Virus record (IMG/VR): IMGVR_UViG_3300021373_000005
From: a virus
DNA length: 64,000 bases
Reading direction: 5' to 3' (one strand)
Shown here: positions 27,676 to 39,300 of the stretch, one piece after another
Numbering within the stretch: position 1 is the first letter of the stretch
How the letters are laid out: each line of letters begins with the position of its first letter
Program-made: the position numbers and the translations under genes
The notes under the pieces: model-generated
The model's input: the letters and a program-made list of their open reading frames with translations, nothing else
What the model was told of the DNA's origin: nothing
The model's database searches: none

Positions 27676-30600
27676 ATGCCTCAGGGTGAAATAGAAAAAA
27701 ATATATCGCTTTTTATAAAGCGCCAATTCCCTGCCATTTATCGGGAAGATGGACCTGAGCTTGTTCAATTAGTAGAAGATTACTATAAGTGGTCGGAAAC
27801 TCAAGAGAATCAACATATCTATCAGCAAAGAAGATTCTTTGAAACAAAAGATATTGATACTACATTAGAGAATATGATTATATTCTTTAAGAAAAAGTTT
27901 CTTGCTGACCTACCACTTAAAACGGATATCATCAAGTTTATTATTAAAAATATTCTTGACTTATATCGTTCAAAAGGTACTGCTCGTGGTATCGAATTAT
28001 TCTTTGCGATATTTTATCAAGAGTTTGATATTGAAATCATATATCCTTCAGAAAGAATGGCAAAGATTTCTGATTCTGATTGGAAGCAAGGTGTATACTT
28101 ACAAATGTTTCCAAATCAAAACAAATTTACATCAAAGAGTGGTAAAGAATATACTTACTTTGATTTATTATCTCGTAACATTACAGGTGCCTTCTCTGGT
28201 GCAAAAGCATCAGTCCGTTCAGTTAACTTCTTTATCTTAAATGGAATTAAAACTGCGGTTGTATATCTCGATGGAATTAAAGGTAACTTTGATAAGTTTG
28301 AAGATATCACAACAAAAATAAGTGGTGAAGTTGTTTCGTTTGGTAAAGTAAATGGTTCCTTATCAGGTTTCATTATTGATACTTTTGATAAAGGAATGAC
28401 AGGAAGGTCAGTTGGTGAAATCTTTGACGTAAAACAAAAAGACGGTAATTCAGGTAAAGCAATCGTTACTGCTATTTCCGATGAAACAACAGGAAGAATT
28501 TCATATGATGTTCTTGACGGTGGTTATGGTTATACAATTGATAATACACGCTTATTAGTTTCTAATCAATCTCTCATAACAAATAATGAAGATTTAAATT
28601 ATGTCATAGGCGAAACCGTTGAAGACCAAGGTGGTAACGAAGGTATTGTCATTGGACAAAATGCAAGTTCTGTTGGATTCAGAATGAATGCAGGTAATGC
28701 ATTTAACGCAGGAAGTGTTATTACAACAACTCGTGGTTCAAATGAATATGTAGTTACAGTTTCTTCACAAGGTAATGAAGTTACGCAGAAAAATGAATCG
28801 TCTCCTGGTCCGTTATATCCTGACACTTCTGATACTGATGATGTTATTGTATCAAGTTTGGCAGATACTTCTGTCGCTTCTGTTATTACTGATTTAATTC
28901 AACCTCATTTAGGAACAACATTAAATATAGCTGATTACGAAGCCGTAGCTCCATTCTCAGGAACCGCATCTCCAGTTAATTTATCAACTCCTTTAGAAGA
29001 TGCATTCGCAATACAAGATTTAACAATAGGTACTATATCTGGGTTTAATAATATTAATCCAGGTTCTGAATATAAAAACGATGTATTTGCGATAGCACAA
29101 GACAGTGTGTTCAAAAACTTTGAACGCAAAAATCAAATACTTCAATTTGCCGATGCAGGCGTCGCAGGAAACTTTTCAATAGGCGATCGTATTGTTGGTA
29201 TAGGTACTGGAATTACTGCTGTTGTTAAAAGAACAAATTTAGAAGCTGGAAGTATTACGGTTACTCCATTTGCTTATTACGGTTTCAGTGGAGAAGATAT
29301 ACGTTTTGAATCTTCACCTGAGCCTGACTTTGAAGTTATCGCAGTTGAAACCGATTATGAGAATAGTCTATCATTTGGTGATAACGCAATCATTAATCCA
29401 GAAACTGAATTCGCAATAGGAAGAGTTAAAGAAGTTAATATTTTATCTTCAGGATTTGGATATGTTGATTATGGAACTGAGCCAGAAATATTTGCTGAAG
29501 GTAAAGGTGAATTAAGAGATGCAAATAATGACATTGTTGCTACAGGTTGGATTGAAGCAACACAACAAGGTGTCACATCAGGTTATTGGTCAATTGAAAA
29601 TTCTCATTTAAGTGGATATAGAACAGAGCCAGGTCAATCTTCAGATAATACATTAGAATATTATGATTCAGGAGCAAGAATACAAGATAGTGACTTCTAT
29701 CAAGAGTATTCATATCAAATTAAATCTACATTACCTTTACAAGAATACCAAACATTATTAAGAGAAAATGTTCACCTAGCAGGTTCAAAATTGTTTGGTG
29801 ACTTTATCTTTAAGGCATATGTTGGTTCAGGAATGAAACAACGATTCTTGAGATTGTTTAATGACCAAGGTACTGGATCACCATTTGATTTAGCTGACAT
29901 TGAAAGCTTAAGAGCTTCAGTTACAAACTATACTTCTGATAGTACTTATGTATCAGCTGACCATATACCGGGCGGTTCAGGTGGTTTAACATTAAGTACA
30001 GCTTCAGCAACAGATTTAACAATTACAAAGAATTGGAGTCAAGGCTTCCATGATTACGAAGTAACAGTACAAATGCCTACAGTAGGAACGGCTCCTTACC
30101 CAGTTGCTATTTTATTACACGGTAATGGTGGAACAGGTGCTGGTTCAGTTTCGCAATTTGCTGATAACTTAACAGGACATATATTAATTGGAGTTGATGG
30201 ATTTGCGAATTCATGGAACATTGCGAATGAAACTTCAAAAGGTCCTGACATTGAAATGTTAGAAGAACTTATTGAAATGTTAAAAATATATAATAACGTT
30301 GATGAGAATAAGATTCGTATTGTAGGTACAAGTAATGGTGGTGCTCTTGCATTAAGGGCAGCAGTTGAAATTGGTGATACTGCAGTTGATACTATTGTCT
30401 GTATGATATCACAAGCACACAACGAACAATATAGAAACGGTTATTTCTATTACCCATCTAATGAAGAAATAACTGGAGGGGCAACTCCAAATCTTGGTTA
30501 TGATTATATCAAGAACCCAATACCTCAAAGAAGGCTTGTTCTAATGAATGGTCTTCAAGATAATGTAGTCCCATACGCAGGTGGAACGGCGTTAGGAGTG

Positions 30601-30819
30601 GAGTTCTTAAAGGCTCAAGATAGTGCATATAGATTTGCACAAGCACAAGGATGGACAGGAAATCAAAATCTTGGTGGAGCCGCTTATGGGGCAGACAGTT
30701 TAATTGTTGATTATGATACAGTTATCTTCTTGAAGGACGATGTAGGACATACCGTTTCTGACGATATGAAGAACCTATTGAATAAGTACCTTGAAGATGA
30801 CTACAATATAACATATTAA
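27676..30819 (+). CDS. 7: baseplate wedge gp7-like protein with a C-terminal alpha/beta-hydrolase domain
   Basis: QFP..YRE, LY.SKGT..GI..FF, IQDS.FYQEYSY.I.S, VH.AG..LFG; followed by LHGNGG, GTSNG, QDNVVP, GH. Confidence 0.8.
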   Translation: MPQGEIEKNISLFIKRQFPAIYREDGPELVQLVEDYYKWSETQENQHIYQQRRFFETKDIDTTLENMIIFFKKKFLADLPLKTDIIKFIIKNILDLYRSKGTARGIELFFAIFYQEFDIEIIYPSERMAKISDSDWKQGVYLQMFPNQNKFTSKSGKEYTYFDLLSRNITGAFSGAKASVRSVNFFILNGIKTAVVYLDGIKGNFDKFEDITTKISGEVVSFGKVNGSLSGFIIDTFDKGMTGRSVGEIFDVKQKDGNSGKAIVTAISDETTGRISYDVLDGGYGYTIDNTRLLVSNQSLITNNEDLNYVIGETVEDQGGNEGIVIGQNASSVGFRMNAGNAFNAGSVITTTRGSNEYVVTVSSQGNEVTQKNESSPGPLYPDTSDTDDVIVSSLADTSVASVITDLIQPHLGTTLNIADYEAVAPFSGTASPVNLSTPLEDAFAIQDLTIGTISGFNNINPGSEYKNDVFAIAQDSVFKNFERKNQILQFADAGVAGNFSIGDRIVGIGTGITAVVKRTNLEAGSITVTPFAYYGFSGEDIRFESSPEPDFEVIAVETDYENSLSFGDNAIINPETEFAIGRVKEVNILSSGFGYVDYGTEPEIFAEGKGELRDANNDIVATGWIEATQQGVTSGYWSIENSHLSGYRTEPGQSSDNTLEYYDSGARIQDSDFYQEYSYQIKSTLPLQEYQTLLRENVHLAGSKLFGDFIFKAYVGSGMKQRFLRLFNDQGTGSPFDLADIESLRASVTNYTSDSTYVSADHIPGGSGGLTLSTASATDLTITKNWSQGFHDYEVTVQMPTVGTAPYPVAILLHGNGGTGAGSVSQFADNLTGHILIGVDGFANSWNIANETSKGPDIEMLEELIEMLKIYNNVDENKIRIVGTSNGGALALRAAVEIGDTAVDTIVCMISQAHNEQYRNGYFYYPSNEEITGGATPNLGYDYIKNPIPQRRLVLMNGLQDNVVPYAGGTALGVEFLKAQDSAYRFAQAQGWTGNQNLGGAAYGADSLIVDYDTVIFLKDDVGHTVSDDMKNLLNKYLEDDYNITY

Positions 30820-30864
30820 GAATAAATAATAAATTAAATAAATTAATTTTAGGAAAGAACAGCT

Positions 30865-32604
30865 ATGGCCAAGCAAACAATTAATATTGGTGTATCGGCG
30901 AATGACGGAACAGGTGATCCGCTTCGTAATGCATTCGATAAAACAAACGATAACTTTAATGAGTTATACCTTGCATTAGGAGGTTCGCAAAACGCAACCG
31001 ACTTATTTGATACAGAAGGTAATTTAGATTTATTGGGTAAACCCCACAAGGTATCATTCTTATATTCAACAGAAGCAGAACTGCTTGCCGTTGACCCAAG
31101 TACTTATCACGGTGCAATCGGACACGCTCATGATACAGGATCTTTATATTACGCTCATGGATCTTGGAGAAAATTATTATCTGATACCTCAGCAGGAACA
31201 ATTACTAATCACACAGACCCACTTAACTCATTTGTATATTCGGCCAATATATTAAATAGTGAAACCGATGGTTATGTTCTTGGAACAAGTGCAAACGGTT
31301 CTTACAGTTGGGTTGAAGCTGGTGGTGGAAGTAGTTTTGGAACTGGAGATGTTGATACACATTTAAATATTTCGGGTGCAAGCTCTAATGATATCTTATC
31401 TTGGGATGGTTCTGATTATGCTTGGATTTCTCAAGCAGGTGGCGGTTCTTATTCTGATAACGATGTAAGTGCTCATTTAAATATAAGTAGTGCACAAGCT
31501 AACGAAGTATTACAATGGAGTGGTTCTGATTATCAATGGGCTGCTTTACCAGCAACATTTGCTACAAGTGATGTTGATACACATCTGAATGTTTCGGGCG
31601 CAGGTACAGGTGAAATACTTAGTTGGGATGGTTCAGACTATGCTTGGATTTCAGCTGGCGGTGGTAGCGGATATACAGATGCTGATGTTAATAATCATTT
31701 AAATCAAGGCACGGCAGGAACTAATGAAGTATTAAGTTGGGATGGTTCTGATTATGCTTGGGTTGCTCAAAGTGGTGGCGGTGGCGGTTCTTCAACACTA
31801 GCCGCTTTAACTGAAGTTAATACAGCAGATCTTGATGTACATGATATGGCATATCCTGCTACAACAGTTCATGTTATGACACCAAACGGTTCAAGTGCAT
31901 ATCGTTCAGATCATTATGGCACAACAGATAATCCAACACTATATGTTAATGCAGGTGAAACAATTGCTTTTGATTTAACTAGTGTTACTGCTTCGCATCC
32001 ATTTGAAATTCGTTCAGATGCAAGTACTGCATATAATACAGGACTTGTTCATATTGCTCCTGATGGAACTAAAACAACAGGTGCAAGTGCACAAGGTAAA
32101 ACATCAGGTGTTTTATATTGGAAAGTACCTGGCGATATAAGTGGAACATATAAGTATATTTGTACTGTTCACGGTTCAATGATTGGTGATATTGAAATTG
32201 CTGACCCATCAGCAAGTGGTGGTGGCGGTTCATTACCAACAAGAACAACAAAGACCACAGTAACAGGTGGTATGACCGCTGACCAAAATGCAAATATTAT
32301 TATTGATGGTTTCAAATCATTTGCATTATTTAAAATTGAGACAACGCATGCAGCTTGGGTAAGGTTATATGTTGATACTGCTTCAAGAACAGCAGATGCT
32401 TCAAGATTAGAAACAACAGATCCTGCTCCTGATGCAGGTGTGATTGCTGAAGTTATTACAACAGGTGCTGAAACTGTTAAGTTCGGTCCTGGTGTGATAG
32501 GTTGGTTAGAATCAGGAAATTCAATTTCCGCGGCTGTTAAAAATAAGTCAGGCGCAACAAATAATGTTGGTGTAACTTTAACTCTTATGCAATTAGAGGC
32601 TTAA
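30865..32604 (+). CDS. fibre-like virion protein with tandem repeats and a cupredoxin-like domain
   Basis: MAKQTINIG..ANDGTGD.LR.AF.K.N.NF.ELY N-terminus; HPF...YICTVHGSM. Confidence 0.75.
   Translation: MAKQTINIGVSANDGTGDPLRNAFDKTNDNFNELYLALGGSQNATDLFDTEGNLDLLGKPHKVSFLYSTEAELLAVDPSTYHGAIGHAHDTGSLYYAHGSWRKLLSDTSAGTITNHTDPLNSFVYSANILNSETDGYVLGTSANGSYSWVEAGGGSSFGTGDVDTHLNISGASSNDILSWDGSDYAWISQAGGGSYSDNDVSAHLNISSAQANEVLQWSGSDYQWAALPATFATSDVDTHLNVSGAGTGEILSWDGSDYAWISAGGGSGYTDADVNNHLNQGTAGTNEVLSWDGSDYAWVAQSGGGGGSSTLAALTEVNTADLDVHDMAYPATTVHVMTPNGSSAYRSDHYGTTDNPTLYVNAGETIAFDLTSVTASHPFEIRSDASTAYNTGLVHIAPDGTKTTGASAQGKTSGVLYWKVPGDISGTYKYICTVHGSMIGDIEIADPSASGGGGSLPTRTTKTTVTGGMTADQNANIIIDGFKSFALFKIETTHAAWVRLYVDTASRTADASRLETTDPAPDAGVIAEVITTGAETVKFGPGVIGWLESGNSISAAVKNKSGATNNVGVTLTLMQLEA
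31348..31790 (+). repeat. four ~35-aa repeats DV..HLN.S.A...E.LSWDGSDYAW...GGG
   Basis: Directly visible in both protein and DNA. Confidence 0.9.
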
Positions 32605-32608
32605 TTAA

Positions 32609-34300
32609 ATGAAGGAATATATTGTCACTCTTCATAATAGAGAAGACTTAGAGGATTTCTATAATGATATGGAAACTCCAGGAGGTGACTTATACATTCC
32701 TGATAGAGCAGTTGACTTACAGTTAAGAAGAGCAATAAGTCGTAATACTCATTACATGTTAACTTTTGAAGAAGCTGAACAATTAAAAGAAGATCCTAGA
32801 GTATGGGACGTTACTTCAAAAGATTTATTAGATGCAATTGAATGGAAATCAGAAGGATATACAGAATCAGGAACTTGGAGAAGAGCTGGTCTGGCTGTTC
32901 CTCAGGATAATGAAAATAATTGGGGTTTATATCGACATACACAAACTACTAACCCAGGCGGAAACTGGGGGTCAGATGACGTTGCAGATAAGACTGCTTC
33001 TTTTACAATTACAGCATCAGGAAAAAATGTTGATGTATTAATTGTGGATGGAAGTATTACAACAACTGCAGGTAATCATCCAGAGTTTGCCGTCAATCCT
33101 GACGGTACAGGTGGTACAAGAGTTCAATATTTTAATTGGTTCTCATTAACAAATCAATTAGGATTAGGATTTAACGGTACTTACGACTATAACACAATAG
33201 GTTCGGCTTCAGATACAAATCACGGCTGTCACGTCGCAGGAACAGTGGCAGGGAATACTTTAGGTTGGGCAAGAGATGCAAATATTTACAATATAGAATT
33301 TGATTATTTTGGCTCCGTAAACTATGGGCCTATGTCTATGAGTACTATGTGGGATTACATTCGCGAATGGCATAATACAAAACCAATTAATCCAGACACA
33401 GGCCGACGTAATCCTACAATAAGTAATCACAGTTATGGGTCTACTTTTACAAAAGATTCCTTAGTCACAAGTAATCCTAATTATGACGGTATAGGAGCAA
33501 TAAAATACCGCGGTGTTACTCTTGATGAATATAATACTAATGGAAACGATGTAAGTGATGCACAATTAGAAGCAAGAGGTGTTAATGTACCAGCTGACTC
33601 AAATTTTACAATTTCAGCTTACACTACAGATTATGTAGCAGATGTTCAAGATGCTATAAGTGACGGAATTATTATAGTGACCTCAGCTGGAAATCATTCT
33701 CAAAAAAATGTTTTATTTGGTGACCAAGATTATGATAACATATTGTATTTAAGAGAAGATAGTACTTATACTGCTATCGTTTATTCTAATAGGGGTGGCC
33801 AATCGGCTGGAAAAAATGTATCTCAAGCACTCGTAGTAGGGAGCCTTTACCACGACAGCGATGATAAAAAATCTCCTTCATCTGTTTGTGGTAATATTGT
33901 AGATGTATTCGCAGCAGGATATGGTATTATGAGTTCTGTATTAACTGGATCTCGTGCAGACTTAAGAGATAGCAATTTTTACTTATCTAAGTATGGCGGT
34001 TCAAGTATGGCAAGTCCACAGGTGGCAGGTGTATTGGCATTATTTGCTGAAAGTAATCCAAACTTAACAATGTCAGAAGCACACGACTTTATTACAAATA
34101 CAGCAACTCCAAATATAATGCAAGATACAGGAACTGATGATTGTACTGACTTTGAAAGTTTACAAGGAGCAGCAAACAAAATTTTATATTGGATAAACCA
34201 AAGACCTGAAACAGGTTTAAGTTTTCCAAAAATTAATGCAAAAGTAAGACCTAGCTCAGGAAGAACTTGGCCTAGACCAAGAATGAGAGTTAAAGGTTAG
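32609..34300 (+). CDS. subtilisin-like S8 peptidase
   Basis: LIVDG (Asp), HGCHVAGT (His), SAGN (oxyanion), GSSMASPQVAG (Ser). Confidence 0.88.
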   Translation: MKEYIVTLHNREDLEDFYNDMETPGGDLYIPDRAVDLQLRRAISRNTHYMLTFEEAEQLKEDPRVWDVTSKDLLDAIEWKSEGYTESGTWRRAGLAVPQDNENNWGLYRHTQTTNPGGNWGSDDVADKTASFTITASGKNVDVLIVDGSITTTAGNHPEFAVNPDGTGGTRVQYFNWFSLTNQLGLGFNGTYDYNTIGSASDTNHGCHVAGTVAGNTLGWARDANIYNIEFDYFGSVNYGPMSMSTMWDYIREWHNTKPINPDTGRRNPTISNHSYGSTFTKDSLVTSNPNYDGIGAIKYRGVTLDEYNTNGNDVSDAQLEARGVNVPADSNFTISAYTTDYVADVQDAISDGIIIVTSAGNHSQKNVLFGDQDYDNILYLREDSTYTAIVYSNRGGQSAGKNVSQALVVGSLYHDSDDKKSPSSVCGNIVDVFAAGYGIMSSVLTGSRADLRDSNFYLSKYGGSSMASPQVAGVLALFAESNPNLTMSEAHDFITNTATPNIMQDTGTDDCTDFESLQGAANKILYWINQRPETGLSFPKINAKVRPSSGRTWPRPRMRVKG

Positions 34301-34344
34301 AAACTGGTAATAAATAAACAAAAATATAGAAGAGTTAACTCAAC

Positions 34345-36309
34345 ATGGCAGAAATCTTAACAAACAATTTTAAGAGTGATGTAAATAAAATTTTCATCGC
34401 CGACGCAAAAGCGAACGACAATTATTATATGTTTGTTTCGAGCATTGGAACATTCAACCCAGTTGACTCTGCTGTTTCGCAAAACGAGTTCTTAGAGAAT
34501 ACACTCTTCGCAAAACGAATTGATAATGCAGATATTAATTTTATGATAAAGTATTATCCTTGGCAAAGAGGTGTAGTATATACACAATATGATGATACTG
34601 TTGATTTAGCTGGAACAAACTTTTATGCAGTTGTTGGACCTAATGATAATGACACAGGTGATTATCGAGTTTATAAATGTTTAAATAATGGCTCAGGTGC
34701 AACCGCAGAATCCCCACCAACTTTTGATACTGCTAACTTAAATCAAATATATGAAACTGCAGACGGTTATACATGGAAGTACATGTATCGTTTAACAACA
34801 TTACAGTTTGAAGGTTATAACGCTTTGGGTTATATTCCAATTGACCCAGCAGCAGTCATTGAACCAAATTCAGTTTATGGTGGTGGTATTTCTGATATAC
34901 AAGTTGCGAATCCAATTGCTAACCAAGGTTATCAAATTAAGTTTGGTGTTATGGATTATATCTTCGGTCGAGTAGGTGGTATTAATAATCACGGTGAAGT
35001 TTCAGTTAGTTTAGATCCTGTAAATAATGATTTTTCTTCAATTGACAACTACTATGTTGGTCAATATCTTTATATTACAAACCCAAGCTCAAGTGTTACG
35101 AATTTATTTAAAATAGATTATTATAAATTTAATACTTCTTCTGGTAAAGCAGAAATAAGAGTAGGACCTGAACTTTCAAATCCAAGCAGAGGAAATGTTG
35201 AAGGTGCAACTCAAGCTGACCCAGTTGTTATTACATCAGCAGGTCATAATCTTGTAGCAAGACAACCTATACGTTTTAGAAATGTTGGCGGTATGGTAGA
35301 ATTAAATGATGATGACGGTGACGGAAATCCAGTTTATTATGTTGTACCAATCGACGACGATACGTTTTCTCTTAGGACAAATACTTCACTATCAGAAAAC
35401 TTGGACGGTACCGCGTTTACTGCATTTACATCAGGCGGAACTTGGGAAGCTGATAAAGATTTAATCACTGCAGGAGTTAAAGTAAATGGTCCTGCTAACA
35501 TTATTCCTAGAATTGATATTAAAGGAGATGGTGTCGGAGCTGTAGCAATACCTAATTTAAATGACGATACAATAGAATCAGTCACTGTACTAAATAAAGG
35601 TTCAGGATATACAAATGTAACTGCTAATGTTGTTGACCCTATAGTCGACTTTAATCCTGATGACCCAACAACGACAGATGTAAGATGTGTAATTAAACCA
35701 GTCATTGAACCTAAAGGTGGACACGGATATAATTTAATTGATGAACTCAAATGTAAACATTTTGGAATGTATGCATATATTACTGCAGAAGATAATACAA
35801 AGATAGGTGATGTAAATACCTATGGATCTTTAGGTATTGTAAGAACTCCGTCCTTTAGGGATGTTGGTGCAGGTACATGGAGAAGCGGACAGGCAAATAC
35901 AGCAGTTATACCTGATGTGTTTGATAATAGGATAGCGGTCACAACAGATGATTATGGAAGCCTAACAGCAAATAGTATCGTAACACAAGTTGATGGAAGT
36001 AACGAAATTACATTTACTGCTCAAGTACATGAAATTGATGATACATCAAATACTGTTTTCTTAGCAGAATATATGGGTCCTAATCAAAATAATCTCTTAG
36101 TTGGGAATGGAGATACATCATTTAACCCTAATCTTCAAATTGTCTCAGATACAGGTCAGAGAATCACAATAAATAATCCAGTAGCAGATAATATTGTATA
36201 CTCAGATTATATACAAAGAACAGGTGAAGTATACTTCATGGAAGATTTCTTCCCATTAGCAAGAACCGACTTATCAAGAGAAGAATTTAAGTTTGTATTG
36301 GAATTTTAA
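34345..36309 (+). CDS. 8: baseplate wedge gp8-like protein
   Basis: YRVYKCL.N, DGY.WKYMY, P.GGHG.N...EL, ED..P..R.....EE.K.VLEF. Confidence 0.85.
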   Translation: MAEILTNNFKSDVNKIFIADAKANDNYYMFVSSIGTFNPVDSAVSQNEFLENTLFAKRIDNADINFMIKYYPWQRGVVYTQYDDTVDLAGTNFYAVVGPNDNDTGDYRVYKCLNNGSGATAESPPTFDTANLNQIYETADGYTWKYMYRLTTLQFEGYNALGYIPIDPAAVIEPNSVYGGGISDIQVANPIANQGYQIKFGVMDYIFGRVGGINNHGEVSVSLDPVNNDFSSIDNYYVGQYLYITNPSSSVTNLFKIDYYKFNTSSGKAEIRVGPELSNPSRGNVEGATQADPVVITSAGHNLVARQPIRFRNVGGMVELNDDDGDGNPVYYVVPIDDDTFSLRTNTSLSENLDGTAFTAFTSGGTWEADKDLITAGVKVNGPANIIPRIDIKGDGVGAVAIPNLNDDTIESVTVLNKGSGYTNVTANVVDPIVDFNPDDPTTTDVRCVIKPVIEPKGGHGYNLIDELKCKHFGMYAYITAEDNTKIGDVNTYGSLGIVRTPSFRDVGAGTWRSGQANTAVIPDVFDNRIAVTTDDYGSLTANSIVTQVDGSNEITFTAQVHEIDDTSNTVFLAEYMGPNQNNLLVGNGDTSFNPNLQIVSDTGQRITINNPVADNIVYSDYIQRTGEVYFMEDFFPLARTDLSREEFKFVLEF

Positions 36310-36324
36310 GGAACATAAGCAAAG

Positions 36325-39300
36325 ATGCCTATTAATAAAAATTTAAACATTGCTCCATACTTCGATGACTACGATGTTGAGAAGCAATTTTACAGAGTCA
36401 TGTTCAAACCTGGGTATGCTATTCAGGCAAGAGAGCTTACTCAATTACAAACTATTCTCCAGGGTCAGGTTGAGGCATTTGGCGATAACATATTTAAAGA
36501 AGGTTCAGTTGTAAAAGGATGTAACTTTACTGAACTCGATGATCTTCAGTTTGTAAAAGTAAATGACGGTCCTTCAGGATTTAATGCAGAAGCATATATT
36601 AGTGGACCTGTAGTAGAAAGTATTCAAGGCCAAGATGTTGAACTTGATTATGTTTATGAAGTTGTTGGACAAACAACTGGATTGAGAGCAGAAATTGTTC
36701 AAGCTTCAGTAGGTTTCCAAACAAGACCACCAGATTTAAATACATTTTATATTAACTACTTAAATACAACTTCATTAGCAACTCAATTCCAAGCTGGTGA
36801 AAACCTTGTTATTAATCGACACAAATATTTAAGAGGAACAACAACAGGTACTTTAACAAGTGAAGCTGTTATTACTTCAGGACTTGCAGTAAGTGCAGGT
36901 ATATCAACACCACATGTTGGTAAGTCTTTCGGTATTGAATCTGCTCCTGGTATTATATTCCAAAAAGGTAATTTTATATTCGTTTCAGAACAAAGAATCG
37001 TTGTTGAGAAATATAATAACTTACCTGATGGAAAGTCTGTTGGTTATCAAGTAGATGAATCTTTAGTTAATGCGTTACAAGATGCAAGTCTTTATGATAA
37101 TGCAAACGGTTCTAGAAATGAAAATGCTCCAGGTGCCGACAGATTAAAATTAGTACCAAGATTGGTTGTTGTAGAAACCGCCACGAAAACTTCAGACTTC
37201 TTTACATTAGTTCGTTATCAAAATGGTAATGCAATTACTGTTCGTGACGTTTCACAATACAATGTATTAGGTGAAGAACTTGCTCGAAGAACATATGAAG
37301 AATCAGGAAACTATGTTTTAGAACAATTCCCATTAAGCACGGATGATCGTATTCCAGCAGGTGAAGCAAATACACAGGTTCAAGTTGTCATTGGACCAGG
37401 AACCGCATATGTAAAAGGTTATCGAGTAGAGAATTCTGCTGACCGAGCATTTACTGTTGACCAAATTACAGGCACAGAAGAAATTACAAACCAAAATGTT
37501 TCAATGGAATATGGAAACTATTTTGAAGTAACAGGTGGAGATGGTGGTTCAGGGTGGAATGGAAGATTAGATATTGATATATCAGACCCACCAGCAACTG
37601 CACAAACTTCAGCAGCAGCAACAGTAGGTAGTATCACAATACATAATATTACTCCTACTCGAGTATATGCTCATTCATCTGCATACACAGGTGCTGTAGC
37701 AATTACTGATATGGATAGAATTAATGATGGGAATGGTTATGTACAACTTCAACCTACATCAAGCGGTGCACCATTAATTAAAGAAACAAATAAAAAGGCA
37801 CTTGTATTTGACACAGGTGTAAATGGTTTATTTGGAACAAACAATACATTAGTTCCTGTAAGGGCTCAAGTGGCTGCTACGCATACAAACGGAACAATTA
37901 CTTTAACTGCTAACCCAGGTGAAGATTTTAATTGTCTTAACGATGATATGTTAGTTGTTGATAGTACTTCAGTTCAGCAACCTATCACAAGTTATTCAAC
38001 ATCACTAAATAATTCTCAGCTTGATATTCAAATTTCTAGTGGATCTGCTACTAACGTAACAGTTTATTATAATAAGAGATTAATTGGTTCGTCAGACGGA
38101 ATTGACCCATATAACAAAGTTGTAAGAAGTCCTTATATTAAATTCAATTATGCAGGTGGAACAACTAAGTATAGTTTAGGATTCCCTGATGTATTTGACA
38201 TTATCAGTATTGTAGATTCTTCAGGTGAAGATTATTCAAACAGCTTTAGATTAAAACCAAATCAAAAAGATACATATTACGATATATCTTATTTAGAATA
38301 TATTGAAGGAAGACCTGAACCAACAGGACAAATGACAGTTCAGTTAAAAGTATTTGAAGTAAATACCTCAACTGGTGAATACTTCTTTACAATTAACAGT
38401 TATCCTAATTCATTAGAAGGTTGGGAAATTCCTTCTTATGTATCTTCTTCAGGAACTGTTTATAATTTAAGAGATTGCTTTGACTTCAGAGCTTACAACG
38501 CAAAAGATACAAACGCAGATTATAATAATACATCTGCAGGTTCAGCACCTGTTATAACAGCAACAGTTGGAACTTATGGAATAGATTTTTCAACTTACGG
38601 TGCACCTTTAATTCCTGCAGCTCAACAATCTTTACAAACAGATTTAGAATATTACTTAACAAGAATAGATACACTTGCTTGCGATTCATACGGAAATATT
38701 AGTTTAATCAAAGGTGAAGAAGATAGAAATGCAGTTCCACCAAGATTAGGAACAGACAAGCTTGCGATTGCACATGTTGAAATTCCAACATACCCTGCAC
38801 TATCTAAGAAACAAGCTGAGGTTCTTCGTAAGTCTGATTACGCAATACGACCAAGAGCAACTGGTATTAAAGCTTACACAATGAAAGATATGCACAATCT
38901 TGAGAAGAAGATTGATAATATGGCGTATTATATTTCATTGAACCAATTGGAATCTGAAACTTCAAATTTAGTTATCAGAGACGAACAAGGTTTAAATAGA
39001 TTTAAGAACGGATTTATTGTTGACCCATTTAATGATTTAACATTATCTGAAATAACACACCCACAATTTAATGCTGCAGTACCATTTAATCAAAAGATTT
39101 TAACTCCGTCACTAAAAACATTCGCATTAGATTTAGTCTATGATTCTTCAACAGGTTCTTCTATATTCCCGAACTCTGATGAAGGACAGGTAGCAACAGT
39201 TGGAAGAAATTCTAATGTTTCTATTATTTCACAACCTTACGCTTCTAATTTTAGAAACTGTGTTTCTAATTTTTACAAGTATGTCGGTGATGGAATTATA

